Below, in pieces: positions 1 to 9,028 of a stretch of DNA of 64,000 bases (position 1 is its first letter; every line of letters starts with the position of its first letter). The stretch lies in sequence record OR538032.1; one strand, 5' to 3'. Position numbers and translations under genes: made by a program. The notes under the pieces were generated by a model. That model ran no database searches. It saw only the letters and a program-made list of their open reading frames with translations, and was not told the origin of the DNA.

Positions 1-1
1 G

Positions 2-127
2 CCAGAAATCGGTTACTTAAAGTACGAAACTCACAGTTTAGCACTTGCTTATGTGAATCGTATGTTGAGAGAACGCGGTTCTGAACACATGATATTGACG
101 ATAATTGATTGGAGACGTAAGGCATGA
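2..127 (+). CDS. 3' end of a hypothetical protein (partial)
   Basis: Open frame from the window edge to TGA at 125-127, overlapping the next ATG (ATGA). Confidence 0.6.
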   Translation, partial: PEIGYLKYETHSLALAYVNRMLRERGSEHMILTIIDWRRKA

Positions 128-387
128 TTATGAAAGCCGAAGAAGCACGAGCCCGCAGCATCAAAGTAATGGAAGAGAAATTTCCAGTTGACGATCTAGA
201 ACATCTAGATGAGCGCATTGCACAAGCAACCGACGAAATGCGTTTTGGTATCAATATTCGAATTCGCGACGAAATGCCGGGTATCAATAGCCACAGTCTG
301 AAACGACTATTGATTGAATATCTGCGTTTGCACAATTACAACGCATTTTATGTTGATGACATCTTGGAGATTCGATGGCAAATTTAA
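124..387 (+). CDS. hypothetical protein
   Basis: ORF coupled to both neighbours. Confidence 0.75.
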   Translation: MIMKAEEARARSIKVMEEKFPVDDLEHLDERIAQATDEMRFGINIRIRDEMPGINSHSLKRLLIEYLRLHNYNAFYVDDILEIRWQI

Positions 388-1103
388 AGGTTTATTACTG
401 TAGTGATATTCATAACGATTATCACGATGAAAACGCGCTAGAACGCATTACAGGCGACAAAGACGCTGTATTGGTAGTAGCGGGTGACATTAACAGCAAA
501 GGGCGAACAGTGCGCGACTTAGAAGCTGTCGCAGACCGTTGGCGTGCTGTTATCGCAGTGCCGGGAAATCACGATTGGTGGGGTCTTGCGATTCACGAGC
601 GACACAAATTTGAAACTTCGGTTGACAATGTTCACGTATTGCTTGAAGATACAGTTCAGATTGACGACGTGACATTCTGCGGGACTACGCTGTGGCACGA
701 AGTCAATGACTGGTTTGAAGGTCAACGCTGGAAAGAAAACATGAACGACCGTCGTAAGATTCGCGGCCCTCAATGGCGACCTTTGTATGGTGAAGATGTT
801 CACGCGCTTCATTGCCAATCAGTAAAATTTATCGAGAAATGTCGCGAGATTGAAGGTAAGAAAGTGTTAATAACACATCACGCCCCGTCTCTGAAGAGCA
901 TTTCATCTTACTATGCGTACTCAAGTACGAATAGTTTTTATTGCACTGACCTTGAGCATTTGCTTGAAGGGTTCAACTTTGCAATTCACGGTCATGTTCA
1001 TCAAGAATTTGACTATCACGTAAACGACTGTAATGTACTGTGTAACCCACGTGCATACGGCTCAGAAAACCCGGATTACGGGCTTAGGATTTTCGACATA
1101 TGA
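375..1103 (+). CDS. calcineurin-like metallophosphoesterase
   Basis: Motifs SDIH, AGDI, GNHD, THH, GHVH. Confidence 0.9.
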   Translation: MANLKVYYCSDIHNDYHDENALERITGDKDAVLVVAGDINSKGRTVRDLEAVADRWRAVIAVPGNHDWWGLAIHERHKFETSVDNVHVLLEDTVQIDDVTFCGTTLWHEVNDWFEGQRWKENMNDRRKIRGPQWRPLYGEDVHALHCQSVKFIEKCREIEGKKVLITHHAPSLKSISSYYAYSSTNSFYCTDLEHLLEGFNFAIHGHVHQEFDYHVNDCNVLCNPRAYGSENPDYGLRIFDI

Positions 1104-1288
1104 CTTTTTTTCTTGGTTACTTACTAATCGGTGCTTTGCTTACTATTGCTATCAACCCTCAATTGAGTAAGCACTTTAAGCAAATGGGTGGCGAAAGCAT
1201 CATTCTTATGAATGTAGCATCGGTAGTACTATCGCCATTATTCGTAGTTATCCTGCTGATTAAAAAGCTGTTTGGTAAACTAAAATAA
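1100..1288 (+). CDS. small membrane protein
   Basis: Two hydrophobic segments; ATGA overlap. Confidence 0.7.
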   Translation: MTFFLGYLLIGALLTIAINPQLSKHFKQMGGESIILMNVASVVLSPLFVVILLIKKLFGKLK

Positions 1289-1333
1289 CGTATTAAATAC
1301 GTGCGTCTAATAATAACGTAAAAGGTAATACAA

Positions 1334-1579
1334 ATGACGCACGATTTGAATATGCTTCTTGAGCAGTACAACCTCGCGAATTACGATTGCGACGGTGATT
1401 TTGAAGACTATTACTGGTCGGTGGCAGAATGGATTGGTCAGACTGTCTTCAGTCACGGTACAATTCGTAAACACGATATTCTTGAGCTGCTTTGCGATTT
1501 ACTTGAAATCTCTGAAGACCAAATCAACGTAGATGACGTTGACGATTTTCTAACCGAAGTTTATGAGGTGATTGAATAA
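1334..1579 (+). CDS. acidic hypothetical protein
   Basis: SD AAGG; ORF. Confidence 0.75.
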   Translation: MTHDLNMLLEQYNLANYDCDGDFEDYYWSVAEWIGQTVFSHGTIRKHDILELLCDLLEISEDQINVDDVDDFLTEVYEVIE

Positions 1580-1639
1580 TGAAGAAAATTCATCGTAAGG
1601 AGCTGTTTCACTGAGTAATTTAACTCGGAGAAACAGCAA

Positions 1640-2152
1640 ATGACTGAAGTCAAAAAATACAAAGGCGTAAAAGAAAACGAACTACCAATCTACAATTCTC
1701 GTGAAATGCGCTACAGATACATTTACAAGGTAGATGAAGGTTCATGGGTACCTGAATGGGCTAGAACATACGTTCGTTACGAACGTTTCTGGACGATGCG
1801 TCTAGAAGTCGGGTTTTACATTGCCGACGAAGCAAGTCGCAAACTAGATCTGATTCGCAAAGCCGAACGTCTTGCATCATACAAAGGTAACTACGTTTTC
1901 CGTTACACGCCAGTGCCACATACAGGTGGCTACAAGAACTGGGTATCAACCATTCGAGGGAAAGGGTTGATGTCTGAGATCCATCACAATAAGATTTGCA
2001 AAGACGAAATTGAGCCAGAATACGGTAATGTCGTACGCAAAAAGCGTGATAAACTAGTGCGCTGTCTTAGAGATTGGGATGGTCTAGAGTCGTATCATTC
2101 ACAGCAACGCGGTTGGAAACGTTCTAAGAAGCGTAAGCAGTGGATGAAATAA
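1640..2152 (+). CDS. basic hypothetical protein
   Basis: SD GGAG; K/R/W-rich C-terminus. Confidence 0.75.
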   Translation: MTEVKKYKGVKENELPIYNSREMRYRYIYKVDEGSWVPEWARTYVRYERFWTMRLEVGFYIADEASRKLDLIRKAERLASYKGNYVFRYTPVPHTGGYKNWVSTIRGKGLMSEIHHNKICKDEIEPEYGNVVRKKRDKLVRCLRDWDGLESYHSQQRGWKRSKKRKQWMK

Positions 2153-2164
2153 TGAAGAAAAGGG

Positions 2165-2193
2165 TTGCAATTCGCAGCCCTTTTTAGTATCAT
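2165..2193 (+). promoter_or_regulatory. class I sigma70-type promoter inside a terminator hairpin
   Basis: TTGCAA-N17-TATCAT within AAAAGGGTTGC..GCAGCCCTTTTT. Confidence 0.7.
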
Positions 2194-2221
2194 ACAGTAG
2201 ATTCACATTGAGAGATATATT

Positions 2222-2818
2222 ATGACTGATAAGAAACAAAAACCAACTCTAATTTTTGACGTGGATGGTGTTCTAATTGATTGGGCAAGCCAGCTACCGT
2301 TATTCTGCAAACGCTGCGGAATCGACCCTGTTCGTGCGCTGAAGCATTTCACAGCGAAAGAACACGTTGACGTACGCGACCTATTCGGCGTTGAACAACG
2401 CTCAATTGCATTCGATTTGCTTGAGAAATACAATCTCGAACATGGCAAATACATGACTGCTTTCCCAGATGCTGTCGAGCACGTACACAAAATCGCCAAA
2501 GAGTACAATCTAGTCGCATTGACTAAATTCGGTGACACTACAGATCACTGGCTAGTTCGCAAGTTTAATCTTGAGACGTTCTTCCCTGGGTGTTTCAGTG
2601 AGTTGATCACAATTCGCGGTGATGAGAGCAAAGTCGGGTATGTTGCTGCATTACAAGCAGATCATAATGTAGTTGGTTTTATCGACGACCAGCTTGAGAA
2701 TATTCAAGCAATCGGTCGAGCAACGAATCTAAAAACGATTCATCTAAACCGCTACGATGAACGCGCTGATGTTCATCACATGTCGAAGCTATTAGACTTT
2801 CTTCACGAAAAAGTTTAA
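2222..2818 (+). CDS. 30.2: HAD-family hydrolase, T4 gp30.2-like
   Basis: PTLIFDVDGVLIDW motif I and FIDD motif IV; upstream of ligase. Confidence 0.75.
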   Translation: MTDKKQKPTLIFDVDGVLIDWASQLPLFCKRCGIDPVRALKHFTAKEHVDVRDLFGVEQRSIAFDLLEKYNLEHGKYMTAFPDAVEHVHKIAKEYNLVALTKFGDTTDHWLVRKFNLETFFPGCFSELITIRGDESKVGYVAALQADHNVVGFIDDQLENIQAIGRATNLKTIHLNRYDERADVHHMSKLLDFLHEKV

Positions 2819-2842
2819 TACAGCAATAACTCATCGTATAAT
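2813..2842 (+). promoter_or_regulatory. class II promoter (GTTTA box)
   Basis: G-TTTAAT-N17-TATAAT. Confidence 0.65.
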
Positions 2843-2863
2843 AAAGCTCCGTTTGGGGCTTTT

Positions 2864-3175
2864 TTGGATTCGAAGATGATTAAACGAGCTTATATTATTC
2901 ACGCAGATAGCGCACTTGCAAAACGCGCAGTCGCGCTTGACAAACGAGAAGCAAAAGGTAAACCGTTCTTCACTAGTAAAGAAGAGTGGGAAGCTGAACT
3001 GCAAACGGATTGGCAAGAATGGAACAAGGAAGCATGTGATTACATCGTTCACATATACGGCGATCATATCGCTGGGAAAACATTCTTAGTTACAATTCAA
3101 GACGGCAACGTATATTTTGAGGAAAATGATGTTTGCTATACTAATGAAAAGCAACCAAGAAGTGGCGATTATTGA
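2864..3175 (+). CDS. hypothetical protein (start may be ATG 2876)
   Basis: ORF. Confidence 0.65.
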   Translation: MDSKMIKRAYIIHADSALAKRAVALDKREAKGKPFFTSKEEWEAELQTDWQEWNKEACDYIVHIYGDHIAGKTFLVTIQDGNVYFEENDVCYTNEKQPRSGDY

Positions 3176-3347
3176 TCTCGGTGATGTTACAATGCCTGCA
3201 TTGTACATGAAAGAAGATGACGCGCTTCGAGTGTTGTACAAAAATGATTTACACGACCGTTGCTTTGTTGCACGTGTTCGTCCTGAAATTTATATAGAGG
3301 GTCCAGATGATTCTACCGATTCTAAACAAACTAGCAGCAACGACTAA
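3126..3347 (+). CDS. hypothetical protein
   Basis: SD GAGG before ATG 3126; overlaps the ligase start. Confidence 0.65.
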   Translation: MMFAILMKSNQEVAIIDLGDVTMPALYMKEDDALRVLYKNDLHDRCFVARVRPEIYIEGPDDSTDSKQTSSND

Positions 3348-4650
3348 ACGTACTGAAAAAGAGAAGATTTTGAAGTCTGAAGCAAGCAACGAATTGCTGA
3401 AGCGAGTCTTCCAACTTGCGTACACGCCAACATATCAGTACAACATGAAAAAACTGCCTGAAGTTTGTCATGAAACTGCTGCTCTACACGTCGATTGCTA
3501 TCTTCCGCTTGAAGAAGCACTTGAGCATGTGTTTGATGCGCTAGTGACTAAACAAACTCGCGGTCAAGCTGCTCAGACTGTTGTCTCTAACATCTTGAAG
3601 CAAGTAACTGCTGATGATGCTGAGGTGATTCGTCGTGTGATTCTACGCGATTTGCGCACTGGTTGTACTGGCAGCACTGCTAACAAAGTGTGGAAGAAAC
3701 TGATTCCTGAGCAGCCACAAATGCTTGCAAGTGCGCATAACGAAAAGCTAATCGACGCGATTCTGACTAAAATCGCATACGCGGAACTAAAAGCAGACGG
3801 CGCACGCTGTTTCGCTCACGTTGATCTTGACGGTAATATTACGCTGACATCGAGAAACGGCAAACCGTATCTTGGTTTACAGAAAGTCGAGAAAGCATTG
3901 ACTGCAATGGGCGTGAATGGCTTTGTAATTGACGGTGAGCTTGTCTATGCACCGAATGGTCTCCACGCAGTTGAAGACCGTTCAACTGGTAACGGCATCG
4001 TTAACAAAGCAAGCAAAGGCACGATTTCTCTAAAAGAGCAAGCTGACATCATCTTCCAAGTATGGGACATCATCCCAGAAGATGTGTACTTCGGCAAGTC
4101 AAACGAACTCAACATGGCGTACAGCAAGCGTAAGCGTGTTTTAGCAGATGTTGCGCTTAAAGCAAAGGGTGTCATTGAGCCTATTCCGTGGCAAACAGTT
4201 TCGACTAAAGAACAAGCGTCTGAAATCTACAATCAGTACGTTGCTCAGGGTCTAGAAGGAATCATCTTGAAAGATCCAGATGCGCTTTGGGAAAACAAGC
4301 GAAGCAAATCACTTGTGAAGTACAAAGAAGTGCATGACGGTGATCTTGAGATCATTGAAGTCATCGAAGGCGACAAGAAGAATAAAGGCAAGATGGGTGC
4401 TCTTCTATTGCGTTCAGCTTGCGGTAAGTTGATTACTAAAGTTGGTAGCGGGTTCACGGACAAAGATCGCGAAGAAATTTGGGCGCGTCGTGATGAAGTT
4501 ATCGGCATGATTGTAGAAATCAACTACAACGCGATTACTCGCGCAAGAAACAAAGACACGTGGTCATGCTTCTTGCCGATTTTCGTGCAATTCCGTGACG
4601 ACAAAGACGTTGCGAACACGCTTGAAGAAATGAGCGGGTTCAAGGGTTAA
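3307..4650 (+). CDS. 30: ATP-dependent DNA ligase gp30
   Basis: ELKADGAR (motif I), IDGELV, EGIILK, LVKYK, KVGSGF. Confidence 0.97.
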   Translation: MILPILNKLAATTKRTEKEKILKSEASNELLKRVFQLAYTPTYQYNMKKLPEVCHETAALHVDCYLPLEEALEHVFDALVTKQTRGQAAQTVVSNILKQVTADDAEVIRRVILRDLRTGCTGSTANKVWKKLIPEQPQMLASAHNEKLIDAILTKIAYAELKADGARCFAHVDLDGNITLTSRNGKPYLGLQKVEKALTAMGVNGFVIDGELVYAPNGLHAVEDRSTGNGIVNKASKGTISLKEQADIIFQVWDIIPEDVYFGKSNELNMAYSKRKRVLADVALKAKGVIEPIPWQTVSTKEQASEIYNQYVAQGLEGIILKDPDALWENKRSKSLVKYKEVHDGDLEIIEVIEGDKKNKGKMGALLLRSACGKLITKVGSGFTDKDREEIWARRDEVIGMIVEINYNAITRARNKDTWSCFLPIFVQFRDDKDVANTLEEMSGFKG

Positions 4651-4651
4651 T

Positions 4652-4675
4652 AAAAGGGGCGAAAGCCCCTTTTTT
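4652..4675 (+). terminator. intrinsic terminator
   Basis: AAAAGGGGC-GAAA-GCCCCTTTTTT. Confidence 0.9.
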
Positions 4676-4677
4676 CG

Positions 4678-4685
4678 TATAAATA
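4678..4685 (+). promoter_or_regulatory. T4-type late promoter
   Basis: Exact TATAAATA. Confidence 0.85.
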
Positions 4686-4708
4686 CTTTCATTTAGAGAG
4701 AACCGAAA

Positions 4709-5590
4709 ATGATTATATTCGAAGATATTAATCCGCTGTGTGAAGCATTTGATCGCCCAGCACCATACAAATGGGATTCTATGTACAACGAAGCCCGATT
4801 TACGGTTGGGAACGTGCAGTATGTTGCGTTTATCAAAGATAATGACACAGCAAGAGGTTTAAGTCTGTATGTGGCATTTCAGCGTCGTGATAACGCAACT
4901 GGTCAATGGACTCACTCACTTGCTAAAGGCTCGCCGAAAGACGCAATGACGGTATTGAGCACAATACTGGCAGCAACATTTGACAAGGCATCAAAAGTTG
5001 AACCGAATGAAATTACATTCAGTGCATTTCGTGACGCAGAGGACGAAGACGCAAATAAGCGTTTTAGACTGTACAAGCGTATGGCTGAGCGATACGCAAA
5101 GCAAATGAATTACACAGTTCATATCACTGGTAATAGCTTCACACTAACAAACAACAATCCACCTAAGATCAGACGACTGCACAATGACGGCATTCACAAA
5201 GAAGATGAACTTACATACGTAAATTTCCCTGCTTGTAATGCATTCACATGGGCGAAGATTTTCTGGCTCGACAATGACGGCGATTACATCAAACTTACAT
5301 TGCCTCACGGTCGTATTCACATTGTGAGAAAATCAAGTGACGTGATTGAAATCGAAGCAATTACACCGAAAGGTCGTTTTGACAATCTAGATTCAGATGA
5401 GATTTGGATGTCGATGTTATCTGATATTAAAGTGAAAGCTAGAGGCGGAAGCACATTTACTATATCAGAGAAAGGCGCGATTTTAGATGCCGGTGATATG
5501 ATTTTGTGTGAGCAAGGTACGTTTTATTACCTAAGTTCTGAAGATGATTTCAAAGAAATCTGGGGATATGAAATCGACTCGATTGAATAA
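4709..5590 (+). CDS. putative internal head protein, paralog family member A
   Basis: Late promoter; N-terminus MIIFEDINPLCE; shares SLAKG..KDAMTV and KRFRLYKRMAER with 40523. Confidence 0.75.
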   Translation: MIIFEDINPLCEAFDRPAPYKWDSMYNEARFTVGNVQYVAFIKDNDTARGLSLYVAFQRRDNATGQWTHSLAKGSPKDAMTVLSTILAATFDKASKVEPNEITFSAFRDAEDEDANKRFRLYKRMAERYAKQMNYTVHITGNSFTLTNNNPPKIRRLHNDGIHKEDELTYVNFPACNAFTWAKIFWLDNDGDYIKLTLPHGRIHIVRKSSDVIEIEAITPKGRFDNLDSDEIWMSMLSDIKVKARGGSTFTISEKGAILDAGDMILCEQGTFYYLSSEDDFKEIWGYEIDSIE

Positions 5591-5591
5591 G

Positions 5592-5618
5592 AAAAGGGAG
5601 CAATTTGCTCCCTTTTTT
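5592..5618. terminator. bidirectional terminator
   Basis: AAAAGGGAGC-AATTT-GCTCCCTTTTTT between convergent genes. Confidence 0.9.
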
Positions 5619-5620
5619 GA

Positions 5621-7285
5621 TCATGGTGTCAGAGGACTACGTTCTTTCACTTTGCGGTCTTCGTCGATTTCAATATCAACAACTCGCATGAAGTTAGCAA
5701 CTTGCGCTAACTCACTCAAACGTTCCTGCTTTTTGTAAGCAGACAGGACGCCGCTTTTCGATGAATTGTCTTTGGCTTTCAAGCGAATCACCGCATCGAA
5801 TTCTGATAATTGAACAACGTCGGCTTCGAACATCGTATTACGGTTGATGATGAAATCACAATCGCCTTTCTTCCCGTATTTGCCTGGTGCTAAAACAGGT
5901 AACCCGTCAGACTCAATAACAAACACAACGTTCAGTTTTCTGTCAGATTCGAGCATATCACGCATAATTGATTTGCTATTCTTGCTCGTCGCGTTGACGA
6001 TTGTTTTCGCGCTAGATTCAACAAAGTCACATACAACAAATGGATCAGTTGATGATGTGATGAACGCAGTTGAAACGAACGCGCCAGATTCAAGAATCGA
6101 GCCGACACGTTTGCTAGACATTTCACAACCACGATATAGCGTAACGCCATTCGACACCTTACCAGCTTCATAGAAAGCTCGGTCTAAGCGAGAAATTGCA
6201 TCCCTAACCTTTTCATCACCTGCGCCGTGAACTAACTCTTCATTGACCTTCCACGAATAACGAGACGCAGAATAGCGAGAAATTGCAGCTTGAGTAAGAG
6301 AAGATAGACCAGCATATGAATCTTCTTGCATCATTTGCAACGATAATTGGTCATATTGCTTCTCAAACGCACGTGAACGGGCTTTTAACAGTGCGCCGCA
6401 TACTTCGCTAATCAAGTTAGCTTTAACGCCCTCAGAGCGTGCAGCGTCGATATATGGGTTCATTCGTTCTGCTACATCAACAAGGTCGATGTTCATATCA
6501 ACAATTGCTTGAGCAGCGTTAGCCAATTTCGTTAGACCGTCAGTTGCTGCCGCTTCTGTTAATTGCTGCTTGATAGATGCACTGACCCGCGCTTCCATTT
6601 GTGGCATTTGTAGAATTTGATTTGGGACGCGAACGGCAGGGTTTTCTTCTACCCATTGACCTAGAACATCATCTTCATAATCATCATAGCCAGCATCGGC
6701 AGTCACGATGATTGTTTTCTTGCTTGAAATGTCAGTCTCTTTCGCCATTTTAGCAGCAAGAATATTGATTGTTTCTTCGGTTGCTTCGACGAGTTTATCA
6801 GCGTCATAGCCGGGTTTCGTGATCACGAAGAAGCTGAAATCTTCAGCCATTTCATTATCACCGACGTTCATGATTTTAGTCGTTTCGCAGCCGTATCGAA
6901 GTTTCTTGAACAGCGTTTTAACACGCATGTCGAACATTTTACCGCTACCGATCTTTTGAATACGCATAGACACAGCGTTGGCACGTGTTTTCAACATGAA
7001 ACTTTGGATCAATTTAACCAATGTTTCTTGAAACTTTTCTTGGTCTCCCATGTCACGGATGGTTAATCCGCCTTTTTTGCCTCGCATTGCTGAGACAGTA
7101 CAGAACCACGAACGTTTTCCACGATTTCCGATGTCTGATTTTGTTTTAGTTGTGAACGAAACTACAACGTCACGAGCTTCGCCTTTCATATCGATCACAA
7201 AGAATTTGTTTTCTTTGGTCGAGCGAGCCGGATAGTAGTCGTACGTTGCGCTCATGTTTTCAGTTAATTGTTGAAATCCAATCAT
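5621..7285 (-). CDS. alt: Alt-like ADP-ribosyltransferase-fold protein
   Basis: C-terminal ART motifs TLYRG, FITSS, PG...DCDFIINRN; next to g30 and antisense, as for T4 alt. Confidence 0.75.
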   Translation of the reverse strand: MIGFQQLTENMSATYDYYPARSTKENKFFVIDMKGEARDVVVSFTTKTKSDIGNRGKRSWFCTVSAMRGKKGGLTIRDMGDQEKFQETLVKLIQSFMLKTRANAVSMRIQKIGSGKMFDMRVKTLFKKLRYGCETTKIMNVGDNEMAEDFSFFVITKPGYDADKLVEATEETINILAAKMAKETDISSKKTIIVTADAGYDDYEDDVLGQWVEENPAVRVPNQILQMPQMEARVSASIKQQLTEAAATDGLTKLANAAQAIVDMNIDLVDVAERMNPYIDAARSEGVKANLISEVCGALLKARSRAFEKQYDQLSLQMMQEDSYAGLSSLTQAAISRYSASRYSWKVNEELVHGAGDEKVRDAISRLDRAFYEAGKVSNGVTLYRGCEMSSKRVGSILESGAFVSTAFITSSTDPFVVCDFVESSAKTIVNATSKNSKSIMRDMLESDRKLNVVFVIESDGLPVLAPGKYGKKGDCDFIINRNTMFEADVVQLSEFDAVIRLKAKDNSSKSGVLSAYKKQERLSELAQVANFMRVVDIEIDEDRKVKERSPLTP

Positions 7286-7318
7286 TTTTATAGACTCACC
7301 CTTTAGAAAATATATGAG

Positions 7319-7326
7319 TATTTATG
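7319..7326 (-). promoter_or_regulatory. late promoter variant
   Basis: CATAAATA on - strand upstream of alt-like. Confidence 0.6.
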
Positions 7327-7376
7327 ATGCACATAACACCCGTTGAAAATATTTTAAACTTTTTCGCAAAAAAAGG

Positions 7377-7406
7377 TTGCACAACGATAGTGTTGTCTCC
7401 TATTAT
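7377..7406 (+). promoter_or_regulatory. class I promoter
   Basis: TTGCAC-N18-TATTAT, then ATCGAAACGA. Confidence 0.7.
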
Positions 7407-7446
7407 TATCTCATCGAAACGAATTAACAAACAAGAGAGAATAATT

Positions 7447-7950
7447 ATGAATGCACAATCAATGACTAACGCTCAAATCGCTGAACTATTCGACATGACA
7501 GTTGACGCAAACGGTTTTCAAGCAGTTGATGCGAAAGGTCGTCGTCATTACCTGACCGACTTACGTCAAAAAGCAATGAAAGCTGCTAAGACGAAGAAAG
7601 CACGTAAAGTACGCGCTGAAGCACAACCTAAAGCAACTGCCGAAGAACTACTTGCAGAACTACAAAGCGAGTCGTCAGATTTCTGGGAAATTCGCGAATC
7701 TCAGCCAGGGATGGACTCTGAAGAACACGGTCTGAACGTGTACGTGACTGCTGGTCTGCCTGATCGTCACCGCGTAATGATTCGCTCAAGTGTTTTAACA
7801 AACAAAGAGCTTGATCGTGAACTCGGCTACCTGAATCCATCAAAGCAGAAAGAAGAACAGCGTCGCAAAAAATCGACAATTATTTTCTCAAACCGTTCAG
7901 CGAAAGAAATCGTTGAAATCATTGAAAAAGTGAAGTCAATTAGTGAATAA
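7447..7950 (+). CDS. early hypothetical protein
   Basis: AGAGAG RBS before ATG 7447; the longer ORF call runs through the promoter. Confidence 0.75.
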   Translation: MNAQSMTNAQIAELFDMTVDANGFQAVDAKGRRHYLTDLRQKAMKAAKTKKARKVRAEAQPKATAEELLAELQSESSDFWEIRESQPGMDSEEHGLNVYVTAGLPDRHRVMIRSSVLTNKELDRELGYLNPSKQKEEQRRKKSTIIFSNRSAKEIVEIIEKVKSISE

Positions 7951-7985
7951 TGTGAACTAACTCACGAAAAAGTAGTTTTCGGGTA

Positions 7986-8014
7986 TTGACAATAACACAT
8001 CAATACCCGATAAT
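7986..8014 (+). promoter_or_regulatory. class I promoter inside an inverted repeat
   Basis: TTGACA-N17-GATAAT; IR CGGGTATTGA/TCAATACCCG. Confidence 0.7.
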
Positions 8015-8058
8015 AAACACATCAAGACGAGATACGAACTACTTAAAGAGAGAACATT

Positions 8059-8871
8059 ATGACAATCACTAAAGCAGAAATGAAAGCAATCGCACTTGAC
8101 CTAATGAGCGGTAACAATCTAATGCAACGCGATTTGATTGCTGAAGGTTGGTCTTTCGAATTCTCAACTCGCAAAGCTGCACTTGGTGACTGTAACTACC
8201 GTACTAAAGTACTACGTCTTTCTGAAGTGTACTTGAATGCTCGTACTAAAGAAGAGCAAATCAACACAATCACTCACGAAATGGCTCACGCAATCGCGTA
8301 CACTGATTTCAACGAACGTGGTCACGGTGCTATCTGGAAGCGTGTGCATCGTCAACTAGGTGGTACTGCTGAACGTTGTTCAACTGTTTCAAATCCTGAA
8401 GCCGTAGACAGCAAGTACGTTGTTTTCTTCGAAAACGCTCAAGGTGAACTAGAAGTAGTTCAAAAAATGGATCGCATGACTAAGCGTTTTCAACCAGTAC
8501 ACATCAAGTCTCTATACTTGAAAGGTCGCAAAGCTGAAACTGAAGGTCAACTTCGTTGTGTTTCTTCAGCGACGTTCAAAGCTATCAAAGCTGATTTAGA
8601 AGCTAAGAAAGCTGATAACGCTGAAGCATCAAAACCAGTTGCACCTAAAGCTAAGAAAGCTGAAACACCTAAAGCTAAGAAAGTTTCAGCACGCGGTCAA
8701 GCTGCTCGTGACGCAATCGCAGAAATCGTGATGACTACTACTCATAAAGGTTGTAAGTCAGTGTCTTTCGAACAGCGTGGCAAATACAAAGACTGGTACA
8801 TCATGATTGAACTAGAAGCTCACACAATCGAACAGCGTCTAGACACTTTCAAAAAGAAACACAGCCTGTAA
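8059..8871 (+). CDS. SprT-like zinc metalloprotease domain protein
   Basis: LGDCNY...ITHEMAHA...GHGAIWK; K/A/P-rich linker with a 17-bp direct repeat. Confidence 0.8.
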   Translation: MTITKAEMKAIALDLMSGNNLMQRDLIAEGWSFEFSTRKAALGDCNYRTKVLRLSEVYLNARTKEEQINTITHEMAHAIAYTDFNERGHGAIWKRVHRQLGGTAERCSTVSNPEAVDSKYVVFFENAQGELEVVQKMDRMTKRFQPVHIKSLYLKGRKAETEGQLRCVSSATFKAIKADLEAKKADNAEASKPVAPKAKKAETPKAKKVSARGQAARDAIAEIVMTTTHKGCKSVSFEQRGKYKDWYIMIELEAHTIEQRLDTFKKKHSL

Positions 8872-8881
8872 TCTCTCATTT

Positions 8882-8902
8882 AGCCCCGAAAGGGGCTTTT
8901 TT
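8882..8902 (+). terminator. intrinsic terminator
   Basis: AGCCCC-GAAA-GGGGCT-TTTT. Confidence 0.9.
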
Positions 8903-8907
8903 AGGTT

Positions 8908-8975
8908 TGAGCCGGAAAAATTCCGTCTCATCTTAGTAGAATTAGTGCTTTTAGTAATATTAGAAGTATTAGTAA
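8908..8975 (+). repeat. hairpin plus 5x TTAG at 9-bp period (copy 1)
   Basis: TGAGcCGGAA-AAA-TTCCGtCTCA; TTAG at 8933, 8942, 8951, 8960, 8969. Confidence 0.9.
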
Positions 8976-8980
8976 GATTT

Positions 8981-9010
8981 GTTTAACAAACACCTTGACA
9001 GCCGTATAAT
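8981..9010 (+). promoter_or_regulatory. class II promoter
   Basis: G-TTTAAC-N17-TATAAT. Confidence 0.65.
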
Positions 9011-9028
9011 ACACGTCGAGGTGATGAA

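Noticed and set aside
8908-8975. TTAG arrays as a CRISPR or mini-CRISPR array
   Set aside because: The repeat is only 4 nt with 5-nt spacers, and no cas genes are present; kept as a novel element instead
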